Positions 1 to 9,416 of a stretch of 64,000 nt of DNA are shown here, piece by piece (position 1 is the first letter of the stretch; the number at the start of each line of letters is the position of its first letter). The translations under genes and the position numbers were made by a program. The notes beneath the pieces are model-generated. The model worked only from the letters and a program-made list of their open reading frames with translations, made no database searches and was not told the DNA's origin. This DNA comes from an uncultured archaeon (GTDB taxonomy: Archaea > Aenigmatarchaeota > Aenigmatarchaeia > CG10238-14). The stretch lies in the NCBI GenBank assembly GCA_964392445.1, contig CAYMPD010000003.1, forward strand, positions 29,133-93,132, in the 5' to 3' direction.

Positions 1-1
1 T

Positions 2-559
2 ACGTTATACATGAGAATAACCACAAAAACATACCTCGAATCTCTTAATTATGTGGAGACAGAGTCATTGATAAGGAAAAGGATAGAGAACTCAGGAGGA
101 GAAGGACTAAAACCTTTTACTTCTGATGCCGTTAAAAGAATATTCGAGATATCGGGTGGATTCCCCCGTGAAGTAATAAAAATATGCGACAGACTTGTGG
201 AGGCCGCCGCAGAAAAAAATATACCTACTATTAATGAAACCTTTGTAAATGAGTCTTACACTACCAAAAAAAAGAAAAAGAAAATTTCGGTACCTAAACG
301 TAAGAAAACCAAAATATCCCTTTCAGATAAACAAAGAAGAATATTGGAAATAATAAATGAAAAATCTGAATTAACACCGGTTGATATTGCGGATGAGATG
401 GAAACAGGCGACTATAAAAGTAAAAATAATGCAGTTCGCTCAATAAACAATATCTTGAGAAGATTGATGGAAGATGACCTAGTTAAAAGACAAAAATCGG
501 GAAATACTTACATTTATTCACTCACCGGGAAGTCCAAGAGCGTTTTCGCCGAGGCATAA
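2..559 (+). CDS. C-terminal part of an AAA+ ATPase with C-terminal winged-helix domain (5'-truncated by window edge)
   Basis: Frame is open to the window start. PFTSDAVKRIFEISGGFPREVIKICD resembles an AAA+ lid (ExeA-like). C-terminal LSDKQRRILEII...LTPVDIA...NILRRLMEDDLVKRQKSGNTYIYSL is a wHTH. Confidence 0.7.
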   Translation, partial: TLYMRITTKTYLESLNYVETESLIRKRIENSGGEGLKPFTSDAVKRIFEISGGFPREVIKICDRLVEAAAEKNIPTINETFVNESYTTKKKKKKISVPKRKKTKISLSDKQRRILEIINEKSELTPVDIADEMETGDYKSKNNAVRSINNILRRLMEDDLVKRQKSGNTYIYSLTGKSKSVFAEA

Positions 560-590
560 ATTTTATACCTTTCACAAACAAATTATTCTT

Positions 591-1142
591 ATGCGGATTT
601 TATGTATTGTTGGTATGCCGGGCTCAGGTAAAACTATTGCGTCTGATAAGGCCAAACAACTTGGTTTACATACATTAACAGTTGATGAAATTATTTTAGA
701 GGAGATACAAAGAAGAGGAATGATTCGCACAAGAAAGAATGAGCGAAGAGTGGCTAATTACTTTCATGAAAATAAAAGAGAAATGATGAGGAGAATCGTA
801 GATAAAATAACAAATGCGAAAAATCCAGATAAAATAGTTATCGAAGGACTAAAATCCGTGGATCAGGTCAAATCTCTTCAGGAAAGGTTAAATGGGGATC
901 AGATGCATATACTCGCTATACACTCTCCGCCCGAGATACGTTGGTCTAGAAGACAAAAATTAATAAAACATAAAACTCATGAGAACATAAAACAGGATGA
1001 TAAGAATGATATCGAAGCTGGTTTACCGGAACTTATATCAATGGCAGATCATATGGTGTTAAATAACGGTGATTTGTTAGGATTTAGACAAACAGTTAAA
1101 GATAAATTAATTGATATTCTTAATATAGATGTAAAGAGGTGA
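591..1142 (+). CDS. Nucleoside monophosphate kinase family / archaeal dephospho-CoA kinase-like P-loop protein
   Basis: N-terminal IVGMPGSGKT Walker A; IVIEGLKS; C-terminal ADHMVLNNGDL. Confidence 0.75.
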   Translation: MRILCIVGMPGSGKTIASDKAKQLGLHTLTVDEIILEEIQRRGMIRTRKNERRVANYFHENKREMMRRIVDKITNAKNPDKIVIEGLKSVDQVKSLQERLNGDQMHILAIHSPPEIRWSRRQKLIKHKTHENIKQDDKNDIEAGLPELISMADHMVLNNGDLLGFRQTVKDKLIDILNIDVKR

Positions 1143-1146
1143 AATT

Positions 1147-1410
1147 ATGGCTGAAAATAGGGTAAGAGCAAAAAATGTTGTTGAAAAAGTAGTCATTAGC
1201 GAAGAAACAGGTAAAAAATTTGGAATGGTAAGTAATGTTGACTTTATCACTGAGAGTGGTGAACTTCTAAATATAGTGGTCGACGGTGCAACAAAGTCTC
1301 TTAGGGAACTTAACCTCAAGACAGACGAGAAGGGAAGAATTCTTGTTCCATTCAGTGCAGTAAAATCCATTGGAGATTTTGTAATAGTAAGTGAGAATGA
1401 ATTGATTTAG
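1147..1410 (+). CDS. PRC-barrel domain protein (CdpB2-like cell-division accessory)
   Basis: 87 aa; VVISEETGKKFGMVSNVDFITESGEL...ILVPFSAVKSIGDFVIV PRC-barrel signature. Confidence 0.8.
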   Translation: MAENRVRAKNVVEKVVISEETGKKFGMVSNVDFITESGELLNIVVDGATKSLRELNLKTDEKGRILVPFSAVKSIGDFVIVSENELI

Positions 1411-2468
1411 AAGTTTATTTTTTCATCTATCTTCAAATTCGGTGATCTATCTACTTTATCCAATTCTTTGACAAATTCATTTCTTTTACTTCTGTAATAA
1501 GCACAAACACCAATCATAGCAGCGTTATCAGTGCATAGTTCTTTGGATGGAGTTATTACTTTAACACCTAACTTTCTCATTGATTTTCTAAATCTTCTTC
1601 TTATGTAAATATTTGAAATCACACCACCACCTAGAATCAATTGTTTAGGATTATATTCTTCAACCGCCTTTTCCACCTTCAGAATCAAGGAATCTGCTAT
1701 TGTTTTTTGGAAGGATGCACAAAAATCTGGAACAATATCACTAAAATCATCTCCATACTTTTTCTTGAGTTTCTTTATCTTAATGACACAAGCGGTCTTT
1801 AAACCAGAATAACTGAAATTATAATCCCTTCTTCTCACCATTGGTATCGGGAGTTCAAATCTTTCTGGGTCACCTTTTTTCGCAAATTCTTCAATCACTG
1901 ATCCACCAGGATAACCGAGCATTAATGGTCTAGCAACCTTATCAAAGGCTTCTCCTACAGCATCATCCAAAGTTCTCCCGATCAGCTTGTATTTACCATG
2001 ATCTTCCATCAGAACTATTTCTGTATGTCCGCCAGACACAAGAACACACATAATTGGAAATTTCAAATCATTTTTCAGATTACCGTAATAATTCCCTTTA
2101 CTGTTCTTTGCGAGATTACTGTAAATATGTCCTTCCATGTGGTTGACGAGGATAAGAGGTTTATTGTATTTTTCTGATAATTCTTTAATTTTCTTTATCC
2201 CGACTTCAAGTGCAATAGCAAGCCCAGGACCAATAGTTACTGTAAAAGCATCTAGGTCTTGGATACCAATTTTCGCTCTTTTCAAAGCCAATTCTATTAC
2301 CGGTTCTATTCTTTCCTTATGCGCTCTTTTGGCTATTATTGGAACTACTCCTCGCCATTTTTTGTGAATATCAACTTGAGAAGAAACAATATTAGAAAGC
2401 ACCCAATCGTTTTTGCAAACCGAGGCACTTGTTTCATCACATGAGGTATCTACTGCTAATATTTTCAT
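1407..2468 (-). CDS. tsaD: tRNA t6A37 threonylcarbamoyltransferase TsaD, bacterial type
   Basis: Likely start MKILAVDTSCDET at 2468. Motifs GVVP..AKRAH, NHMEGH, VSGGHT, DDAVGEAFDKVAR, FSYSGLKTA, CTDNAAMIG. Confidence 0.93.
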   Translation of the reverse strand: MKILAVDTSCDETSASVCKNDWVLSNIVSSQVDIHKKWRGVVPIIAKRAHKERIEPVIELALKRAKIGIQDLDAFTVTIGPGLAIALEVGIKKIKELSEKYNKPLILVNHMEGHIYSNLAKNSKGNYYGNLKNDLKFPIMCVLVSGGHTEIVLMEDHGKYKLIGRTLDDAVGEAFDKVARPLMLGYPGGSVIEEFAKKGDPERFELPIPMVRRRDYNFSYSGLKTACVIKIKKLKKKYGDDFSDIVPDFCASFQKTIADSLILKVEKAVEEYNPKQLILGGGVISNIYIRRRFRKSMRKLGVKVITPSKELCTDNAAMIGVCAYYRSKRNEFVKELDKVDRSPNLKIDEKINF

Positions 2469-2469
2469 T

Positions 2470-3285
2470 TTAATCACTTGTTTTAGAAATGGTTGATAAT
2501 CTTCCACCCGTCAGAATATTTGAGGACCAGTCTCGCTCTTTTCTAATCATTATTCTGAAACCTTTGTCGAGTATTTTTTTAGTGTATAAGTTCTTATCGA
2601 AGTCTTTAATTATCTTACTTATTTTGATTAATGAATCCACGATCTCTTCCTGTTCACTATTTCCCTCAGCCTCAACTTTTATATGAATTGGCGCGAAACA
2701 TTTAGGATCACTATTTTCTAAAATATAACAGCCTTCATAACCCCCAATAATCCTGGATATAGTATCCTTAAGTCCAATTATTTCTTTTTGTGTGAATAGT
2801 AGGTTCTCATCGGGTTTAGCATCTTGGTGAAACGTTTCATCATCTTTATACATCTTACTTGTTTCTACAACCCAAAGATGGAGGTATGCGACCGACATCA
2901 CCACACAATGATTTTTATCACTTGGAGAAATCTTGTCTCTTAGTACATTAATGAACATTATAAGGTCATTCGAATCGAGATTATTTAATGTGGTTCTTAT
3001 CATATCTCTGAGTAATTCTAATTGTTCTTCGTTTTCTGGATCGAATTTAAGAAACGAGACTAATTTATGTTGTTTGAGAAAATAGTTGTTCGGGACTATT
3101 AAATCCGCTTTTGACTCCTCACCTTTAACTATTGAAGGCCTGTTGATGTTCGGGAATCCCGTGCAAATATTACCTTTGTACAATCCAGGAACTTCTTTAT
3201 TTTTATACTGATAATCCCAAAAAGCTTTTTCAGCTGGTCCTAAGGATATTCCTAAGTTCTCGTAAAAATCTTCTATTTCTCTCAC
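2470..3285 (-). CDS. Hypothetical protein between tsaC-tsaE and tsaD
   Basis: 271-aa ORF tightly coupled to both neighbours (4-nt overlap upstream, 1-nt gap downstream); no motif recognised. Confidence 0.7.
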   Translation of the reverse strand: MREIEDFYENLGISLGPAEKAFWDYQYKNKEVPGLYKGNICTGFPNINRPSIVKGEESKADLIVPNNYFLKQHKLVSFLKFDPENEEQLELLRDMIRTTLNNLDSNDLIMFINVLRDKISPSDKNHCVVMSVAYLHLWVVETSKMYKDDETFHQDAKPDENLLFTQKEIIGLKDTISRIIGGYEGCYILENSDPKCFAPIHIKVEAEGNSEQEEIVDSLIKISKIIKDFDKNLYTKKILDKGFRIMIRKERDWSSNILTGGRLSTISKTSD

Positions 3286-4358
3286 AATATCTCCTCGCTA
3301 TATTCTATTCTCCTAACATTATCTTTTTTCTGATAATAAAACTTAATCCAGATTAGATTGTAAGAATTTTTTAGTTCCTTTAATTTTTTAGACATCTTTT
3401 CAGCCCATTCTATCGCTATTATATTTGAACCTTTAATCATATTTTCAAAGCCTAATTCTACAAATTCTTCTTTTGGATCAAACATTCTATAAGTATCAAC
3501 ATGGAAAAACTTACCATCATTCCTTTTCAAATTGTATTCTCTTACTAAAACAAATGTAGGTGAAAGAATGGTTTCATCTATACTTAGAGCTTCTGCTAAT
3601 CCCTTTGTGAAAACAGTCTTACCCGTGCCTAGTTCTCCTTGGAGTGCAAATAATATAGGTTTATCGTCATTTTTTTTCTCTTCCATGAGCCTTTTTGCTA
3701 GTTCACGTGTTCCACGTTCGGAATGTGAAGTAAATACCTCAGGTGATTTTAGGTTCACATCACCTTCACGCAGGATTTTAGGTTCGTTTAATGTAGTGTT
3801 AATGACAGTTGAAGGTTTGTTTTTGGGAAGTTCGCCCGCATCTATGATTAGATCTATTAGATTTTGTTGTTTTTTGGATATATTATCAAGAATATCTTTG
3901 ATCGTGTAGGGAGTTTTTTTGTAGGACATATTTGCCGAAGTAGCAGTGATAGGCTTTCCAAATTCTTTGATTATTCTTAGAACTAAATCATATTTCGGTA
4001 TTCTTACTCCTAGTGTCCCATCTTCCCCCTCAACCTTATCCGCTAATTTATGCTTGCCTCGAGAAACCACTGTCATTGGGCCAGGTAAATAATTATCATA
4101 GATATTCTCTGAAGTCTCATTCAATTCTACATATTTTCTTGCCATTTTTTTACTATCTACAGCCACTGATAGCGCTTTACCAAATCTTTTCGATTTGTAG
4201 TCAAGGAGTTTATTCACGGATTTCTGGTTTGTAACATCTGCACCTATACCATAACAAGTTTCGGTCGGATAAACAACTAAACCGTCCGATCTTAGAATAT
4301 TAACTGCTAAATCTATAACCTCTTTTTCATTATTTGACGTTAATTTCAATATTTTCAT
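3282..4358 (-). CDS. tsaC-tsaE: TsaC (YrdC/Sua5-type threonylcarbamoyl-AMP synthase) - TsaE (ATPase) fusion
   Basis: N-half VVYPTETCYGIG, K..R...K.L, PGPMT, GVRIP, TSANMS, STV. C-half ALQGELGTGKT, SPTFVLVREY, HVDTYR, IEWAE. Confidence 0.92.
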   Translation of the reverse strand: MKILKLTSNNEKEVIDLAVNILRSDGLVVYPTETCYGIGADVTNQKSVNKLLDYKSKRFGKALSVAVDSKKMARKYVELNETSENIYDNYLPGPMTVVSRGKHKLADKVEGEDGTLGVRIPKYDLVLRIIKEFGKPITATSANMSYKKTPYTIKDILDNISKKQQNLIDLIIDAGELPKNKPSTVINTTLNEPKILREGDVNLKSPEVFTSHSERGTRELAKRLMEEKKNDDKPILFALQGELGTGKTVFTKGLAEALSIDETILSPTFVLVREYNLKRNDGKFFHVDTYRMFDPKEEFVELGFENMIKGSNIIAIEWAEKMSKKLKELKNSYNLIWIKFYYQKKDNVRRIEYSEEIL

Positions 4359-4379
4359 TCACATAACCTCAGAAACAAT

Positions 4380-4706
4380 TCATTTACCGAATATTTCTTT
4401 ATCCAGTCTATTGGATAAATAACTTTTTTTGATTAACTCATCCATTGATAGTTTTTCTAAACCTTTTTTCAACCGAATTAAGTAAACTTGAAGACGGAAG
4501 GATTCGAAGCTAGAACCTTCTTTAACATCTAATAGACTATCTAGGCGTTTAATAGAGCGGGAAACAGCCATAGGATAAATATTGAGAGTTCTAGATATTT
4601 CTCTGACAGTTAATCTAGCTTCTGGTGTTTTTGAAACTTCTTTTAGCAATTTTAGTACCATTAAATCATATTTTCTTTGTTTTTTAGAGACTTTTTTCTT
4701 TGTCAT
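4380..4706 (-). CDS. Winged-helix DNA-binding protein
   Basis: LTVREISRTLNIYPMAVSRSIKRL HTH pattern. Confidence 0.65.
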   Translation of the reverse strand: MTKKKVSKKQRKYDLMVLKLLKEVSKTPEARLTVREISRTLNIYPMAVSRSIKRLDSLLDVKEGSSFESFRLQVYLIRLKKGLEKLSMDELIKKSYLSNRLDKEIFGK

Positions 4707-4852
4707 AAAGAACCCTCACTTATGTTCAAGTTACACCTGTAACATATTGAAATTAGTCGTTAAACTTTAAATAACCACTATTCTTTTGATTCGGATTTAA
4801 AGTTCCAATAAAACTTAAAAACATCAATTGTTAATAATACGTAAGTGTTCTT

Positions 4853-5395
4853 ATGAGCAGATGCCAACTATGTAACCGTAAGTTAAATAAGAGATGGAAT
4901 TACTGTCCAAGGTGTGGGGCCGAAGTAAACAAAAAAATCAATGTGTTCAATCTACTTCGAAGACAGATGGATATTTTGCGGGGATTAATGTTCAATGATG
5001 AATTTCAAGAGGGTGGGAACCAAAAACCTAAATCGGGCATAACTATCCGTATAGATTCTAGAGGATCACATCAACCTCATGTACGAGTTTTCCCTGGAAA
5101 TCCAAAATCAAAACCTAAAAAACCCAAAAGACCCAAGTTAAGAAAATTCTCAGGTAACATCATTGAACCAAAAGTCGAGAAAAAAAGATTGGCAGACCAA
5201 CTAGTCTTCACAATACCATTACCAAATGTTAAATCCGAGAAGAATGTTGAGTTAAGTCGTTTACACAATTCTATTGAACTTAGAGCATTTGCTGGTGATA
5301 AGGGTTATTTCAAAATTCTGAATGTTCCTAGAAATCATAGATTGGTTGATAAGAGTTTGGATGATGGGACGCTGAGTTTGAAGTTTAGTATTTAA
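4853..5395 (+). CDS. Zinc-ribbon plus Hsp20/alpha-crystallin-like domain protein
   Basis: N-terminal CQLC...CPRCG; C-terminal LVFTIPLPNVKSEKNVEL...SIELRA...YFKIL...GTLSLKF Hsp20-like fold. Confidence 0.65.
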   Translation: MSRCQLCNRKLNKRWNYCPRCGAEVNKKINVFNLLRRQMDILRGLMFNDEFQEGGNQKPKSGITIRIDSRGSHQPHVRVFPGNPKSKPKKPKRPKLRKFSGNIIEPKVEKKRLADQLVFTIPLPNVKSEKNVELSRLHNSIELRAFAGDKGYFKILNVPRNHRLVDKSLDDGTLSLKFSI

Positions 5396-5429
5396 TCAAT
5401 CTTATAACTATAAGTCACGAATTTATTTT

Positions 5430-6308
5430 ATGGTAACCGAACTTCAGATAGCATTAATTTCTGGTATATCTGCAATGGTAGGTTGGGGGTTAGCAGATTT
5501 CTTTACCAAAAAGACGGTTGATAAAATTGATGATTTTAGAACATATTTTTGGACGAACATTATTGGAATGATACCTTTAGTAGCCTATTTAATATTTAAT
5601 TTTCAAATCCCAGACTTGAATCTTCTTACAGTTCTATATGTTTTATTACTTAGTTTTTTACCGACTTTTGGTATACTTTTGTATTTCCGAGGACTGAGTA
5701 AAGGGAAAGCTAGTGTTATATCCCCAGTTTACTCTACTTATGCCGCTTTTGCAGTTTTAATATCTTTTCTGATTTTTAATGAAGCTATTGTTGGTATAAC
5801 TTGGCTGGGATTGGGGATAATTTTTCTTGGGACTCTTTTAGCCTCATTCGATTATAACGAATTCAAAAAAATAGACTTCGAAGCTAGAGATCTAACTAAG
5901 GGAGTCAAAGAAACTTTGATAGCTGCACTAATAATTGGTATTTATTTTCCCCTTTGGGATCAGTTCTTAGCCAATGATGGTTGGGGTTTCTTTCTTCTTC
6001 TAACTTACGTATTCCCTGTTTTCATATTGTTAAGTTTTTCTAAACTCAAGAAAAAGAAAATTAGAGTCAAAAATAAATCTCTTTGGAAGTGGTTATTAAT
6101 TATTGGTATCCTTAACACAGTCGCATTCCTTTTTTTGATATGGGGGTTTGAGAAAACAAAATTCACAAGTATTATATCTGTCATCTCCGCAACATCACCA
6201 ATCATAACTATCTCACTTGCTAGAATATTCTTGAAAGAAGAGATATCACTCACTCAAAAAATAGGAATAGTATTAGTTCTCGTTGGTTTAGTAATAATAT
6301 CAATTTAA
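5430..6308 (+). CDS. EamA/DMT family transporter
   Basis: About 10 hydrophobic segments in two repeats; GKASVISPVYS and LARIFLKEEIS..QKIG. Confidence 0.85.
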   Translation: MVTELQIALISGISAMVGWGLADFFTKKTVDKIDDFRTYFWTNIIGMIPLVAYLIFNFQIPDLNLLTVLYVLLLSFLPTFGILLYFRGLSKGKASVISPVYSTYAAFAVLISFLIFNEAIVGITWLGLGIIFLGTLLASFDYNEFKKIDFEARDLTKGVKETLIAALIIGIYFPLWDQFLANDGWGFFLLLTYVFPVFILLSFSKLKKKKIRVKNKSLWKWLLIIGILNTVAFLFLIWGFEKTKFTSIISVISATSPIITISLARIFLKEEISLTQKIGIVLVLVGLVIISI

Positions 6309-6344
6309 CCCTAACCAATTAATTCTTCCGATAGTAATCTAAAT

Positions 6345-8534
6345 GTGAATAAAATGAAAATAGACTCACTCCAAAAATATGATATACCAAACGAATTTAT
6401 CGAGAAGTTCAAAGAACAAGGAATTGAAAAATTATATGAGCCACAAAAAAAATCACTGAAAAAAGGTTTGTTAGATTTCAAAAATCAAATAATCGCAGCA
6501 CCAACAGCTTCAGGAAAAACACTCATCGCAACATTAGCAGCGATAAAAAAAATGAAAAAAGAGAGATCAAAAGTAATTTATCTAGTTCCACTTATTGCTT
6601 TGGCCGGTGAGAAATGGAATTACTACAGAGAATTGTTCAAGGGAACTGGGTTTCGAGTTGCCATATCTACAGGTGATCTTGACTCTACCAGTGATTGGTT
6701 AGCTAATTACGATTTAATCATCATGACCACCGAGAAATGCGATTCTTTGATGCGGCATGGTGCTAGGTGGATTAATAATGTGGGACTGATTATTGCTGAC
6801 GAAATTCATTTGCTTAACGATTCTTCACGTGGCCCAACACTTGAAATTACTTTAACAAGACTTCGTGAGACTGTTCCTAATGCTCAGATTCTTGGACTAT
6901 CAGCAACTATCTCCAATGTTGATGAAATATCAGAATGGTTGGAAGCTGTGTCTGTGAAATCGGATTTTCGTCCGGTTGAACTACATGAAGGGGTATACTT
7001 TGACAACAAAATCCAGTTTTTTGGAAGGGATGATTACGAACTTAAAGAAAGTTTGCCGCCTGAAAAAGCGATACTTGACAACACTGTGAACTTAAGGAAG
7101 CAGTCCTTATATTTTCTTTCAACACGGAGAAACACTGAATCCCTTGCGAGAAGGTTGGGTAACTTTAACAAAAAATTATTGAAGAAAAATGAGAAGGAAC
7201 AATTGGAAAAATTATCTGAGGAAATTTTAAATGTACTCGAAAAACCGACAAGACAGTGTAAAAAGTTAGCAAGATATATCAAAAATGGAATCGCTTTTCA
7301 TCATGCTGGAATTCTAAATCGGCAGAAGTCTTTGATAGAGGATAATTTCCGAAAAGGTTTAATCAGATCAATCTGTGCTACTCCAACCTTGGCAATGGGA
7401 GTTTCGCTTCCGGCATTTCGCGTAATAATCCGAGATATTCAAAGATATTATTCTGGTCACGGGATGAAATACATACCTATTATTGAATACAAACAGTTTG
7501 CTGGGCGCGCAGGTAGACCAGAGTATGATGAATTTGGAGAATCAATATTGGTTGCAAAAAGTGAAACCGATGCCCATAGACTTACTGAGACTTATATTTT
7601 TGGTGAACCCGAGGACGTTTATTCCAAACTTTCACTTGAACCGATTCTTCGTATGCATACTCTTGCTCTTATAGCCTCAGGTTTTATCGACTCCAGAGAG
7701 GGACTAATGGAATTTTTTGAAAAAACTTTTTATGCTTACCAGTATGGCGAGATGACTGATATAGAACTCATATTAGATAAAATTCTAGAATTACTCTTCA
7801 AGTTTAAATTCCTTCAGCAAAAGAAAGACAAAATCGTCCCGACAAGAATTGGTAAGAGAGTATCAGAATTATACTTGGATCCAATAACTGCTCACCATTT
7901 CATAAAATCCCTTAGAAAAGCCAATGAGTCCACATCTTTATTCTCTTTCATCCATACCATGGCTAACACACTAGAAATGAGGCCTTTACTTAGAATCAGA
8001 AAAAAAGATTATGATGAGATAAATGATAAAATAGTGAGCTCAGTTTTCTTGGAAAAAATACCCGAAGAGTGGGATTTGGAATATGATACTTTTATGAAAA
8101 GTGTTAAGACATCAATGTTATTCGAATTGTGGATTAACGAGGAAACCGAAGATAAAATACTTTCGAAGTTTCGAGTAGCACCAGGAGACTTATATTACAA
8201 ACTGAAGAATGCTGATTGGTTGCTTTACTCTTTGAATGAACTAACTTTGTTGTTGGGAAAGAAAAAAGTACTTGGTAAGATTCGGAAGTTGAGGGTGAGG
8301 ATGAAGTATGGGGTAAGAGAGGAATTATTACCTTTGGTTAGACTCAAGAAAATAGGTAGAGTTAGGGCGAGGAGATTATATGACCATAATCTCAAATCAG
8401 TATCGGATTTAAGAAAAATACCTTTATCAAGTCTTTCAAAAATTATAGGACCTAAAATTGCTAACTCAATTAAAAAACAGTTGGGGGAAGATCATAAGGA
8501 GATTAAAGAACAAAAACAATTGACTTTGGGGTAA
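6345..8534 (+). CDS. hel308: Ski2-like SF2 DNA helicase Hel308/Hjm
   Basis: APTASGKT, DEIH, GLSAT, HHAG, ATPTLAMGVSLPA, QFAGRAGRP, C-terminal HhH (IGRVRARRLY). Confidence 0.93.
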   Translation: MNKMKIDSLQKYDIPNEFIEKFKEQGIEKLYEPQKKSLKKGLLDFKNQIIAAPTASGKTLIATLAAIKKMKKERSKVIYLVPLIALAGEKWNYYRELFKGTGFRVAISTGDLDSTSDWLANYDLIIMTTEKCDSLMRHGARWINNVGLIIADEIHLLNDSSRGPTLEITLTRLRETVPNAQILGLSATISNVDEISEWLEAVSVKSDFRPVELHEGVYFDNKIQFFGRDDYELKESLPPEKAILDNTVNLRKQSLYFLSTRRNTESLARRLGNFNKKLLKKNEKEQLEKLSEEILNVLEKPTRQCKKLARYIKNGIAFHHAGILNRQKSLIEDNFRKGLIRSICATPTLAMGVSLPAFRVIIRDIQRYYSGHGMKYIPIIEYKQFAGRAGRPEYDEFGESILVAKSETDAHRLTETYIFGEPEDVYSKLSLEPILRMHTLALIASGFIDSREGLMEFFEKTFYAYQYGEMTDIELILDKILELLFKFKFLQQKKDKIVPTRIGKRVSELYLDPITAHHFIKSLRKANESTSLFSFIHTMANTLEMRPLLRIRKKDYDEINDKIVSSVFLEKIPEEWDLEYDTFMKSVKTSMLFELWINEETEDKILSKFRVAPGDLYYKLKNADWLLYSLNELTLLLGKKKVLGKIRKLRVRMKYGVREELLPLVRLKKIGRVRARRLYDHNLKSVSDLRKIPLSSLSKIIGPKIANSIKKQLGEDHKEIKEQKQLTLG

Positions 8535-8601
8535 TGGGCTAATTTGGCTATACTTCGAGCTTCGGGGGTTCGCGATCTGGGTTCAAATCCCAGTTACCCC
8601 A
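8528..8601 (+). tRNA. tRNA-Pro(CGG), no intron, CCA not encoded
   Basis: Acceptor GGGGTAA/TTACCCC, anticodon arm CGAGC-TTCGGGG-GTTCG, T arm CTGGG-TTCAAAT-CCCAG. D stem is weak (C12:A23). Overlaps the hel308 stop codon. Confidence 0.9.
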
Positions 8602-8647
8602 CTAGAATAAAACCTACCTAAAAATACGAAAAAAAGAAAAAATCAAC

Positions 8648-8737
8648 TTAAAGCAAAAATTGCCATACTAACAATACCAATACAACAACTAAAACAACCC
8701 AAACAATTTTGTTCTTGAGTAGTCCTTTGAAATCCAT
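8648..8737 (-). CDS. Small single-pass membrane protein (29 aa), not in the ORF track
   Basis: MDFKGLLKNKIVWVVLVVVLVLLVWQFLL*; AGGTG SD upstream; T-rich tract downstream. Confidence 0.7.
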   Translation of the reverse strand: MDFKGLLKNKIVWVVLVVVLVLLVWQFLL

Positions 8738-8803
8738 ATCTACACCTTAATATCTTATTTTCGTTTCCCAGTTTATAACCTTGCTGTTACCCGAGAGAAG
8801 TAG

Positions 8804-9376
8804 TTATTTTCTACCAAAACTCAACCATCCCGTGTGCATCAAACCTTGACTCTTCGGTCGGGTAAAACCATATTCACTTTGCCATTCACGGATGATGTTC
8901 TCAATACATTGGATATTCTTAAAACCCACTCTTTTCATTGCTTCTAAAACTTCTTCTACTTGTTCCACATATGGTGAATAAACAACTAACCATCCACCTT
9001 TCTTCAACTTCTTGTAACCATCAGGAATAACCTTCTCACAGTTTTTCATGTCCAAAGTGATTAGATCCAAATTATCCTCATCAATACCTTTGAGTATATC
9101 CTTGTTCTTGACTTCAATGTTCTTTAACCCAGATTTCTCTATATTCTTCTCCACGACTTTAGCGAACTGTTTCCTCTTCTCGTAGGTTACAACTTTACCA
9201 TTAGGACAGTACCAGGCTAGAAATATTGCTAAGAAACCAGATCCTGATCCTGCGTCAACTATTTTTGAATCTGTTGGTATTCCTGTTTTGGTTAGGATCA
9301 TCGAAGCGTCTTCAGGCATGACTATTTGTGGGACTCGCTTGAGTTTATTTAGGATATCGTTAAGATTTTTCTCCAT
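8804..9376 (-). CDS. trmI: tRNA (adenine57/58-N1)-methyltransferase TrmI, lacking the N-terminal beta domain
   Basis: PQIVMPED, IVDAGSGSG SAM motif, VVTYEKR, LDM, VVYSPYVEQV, TRP...MHTGWLSFGRK. Confidence 0.88.
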   Translation of the reverse strand: MEKNLNDILNKLKRVPQIVMPEDASMILTKTGIPTDSKIVDAGSGSGFLAIFLAWYCPNGKVVTYEKRKQFAKVVEKNIEKSGLKNIEVKNKDILKGIDEDNLDLITLDMKNCEKVIPDGYKKLKKGGWLVVYSPYVEQVEEVLEAMKRVGFKNIQCIENIIREWQSEYGFTRPKSQGLMHTGWLSFGRK

Positions 9377-9416
9377 GTTAACACTTTTTAGAAATACTTG
9401 TAGAGATTTAAATAAA

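Noticed and set aside
8804-9416. TrmI short N-terminus as a second split or intron-containing gene
   Set aside because: Only 40 nt separate it from htpX and no upstream exon or BHB is visible; a naturally truncated form is more likely.
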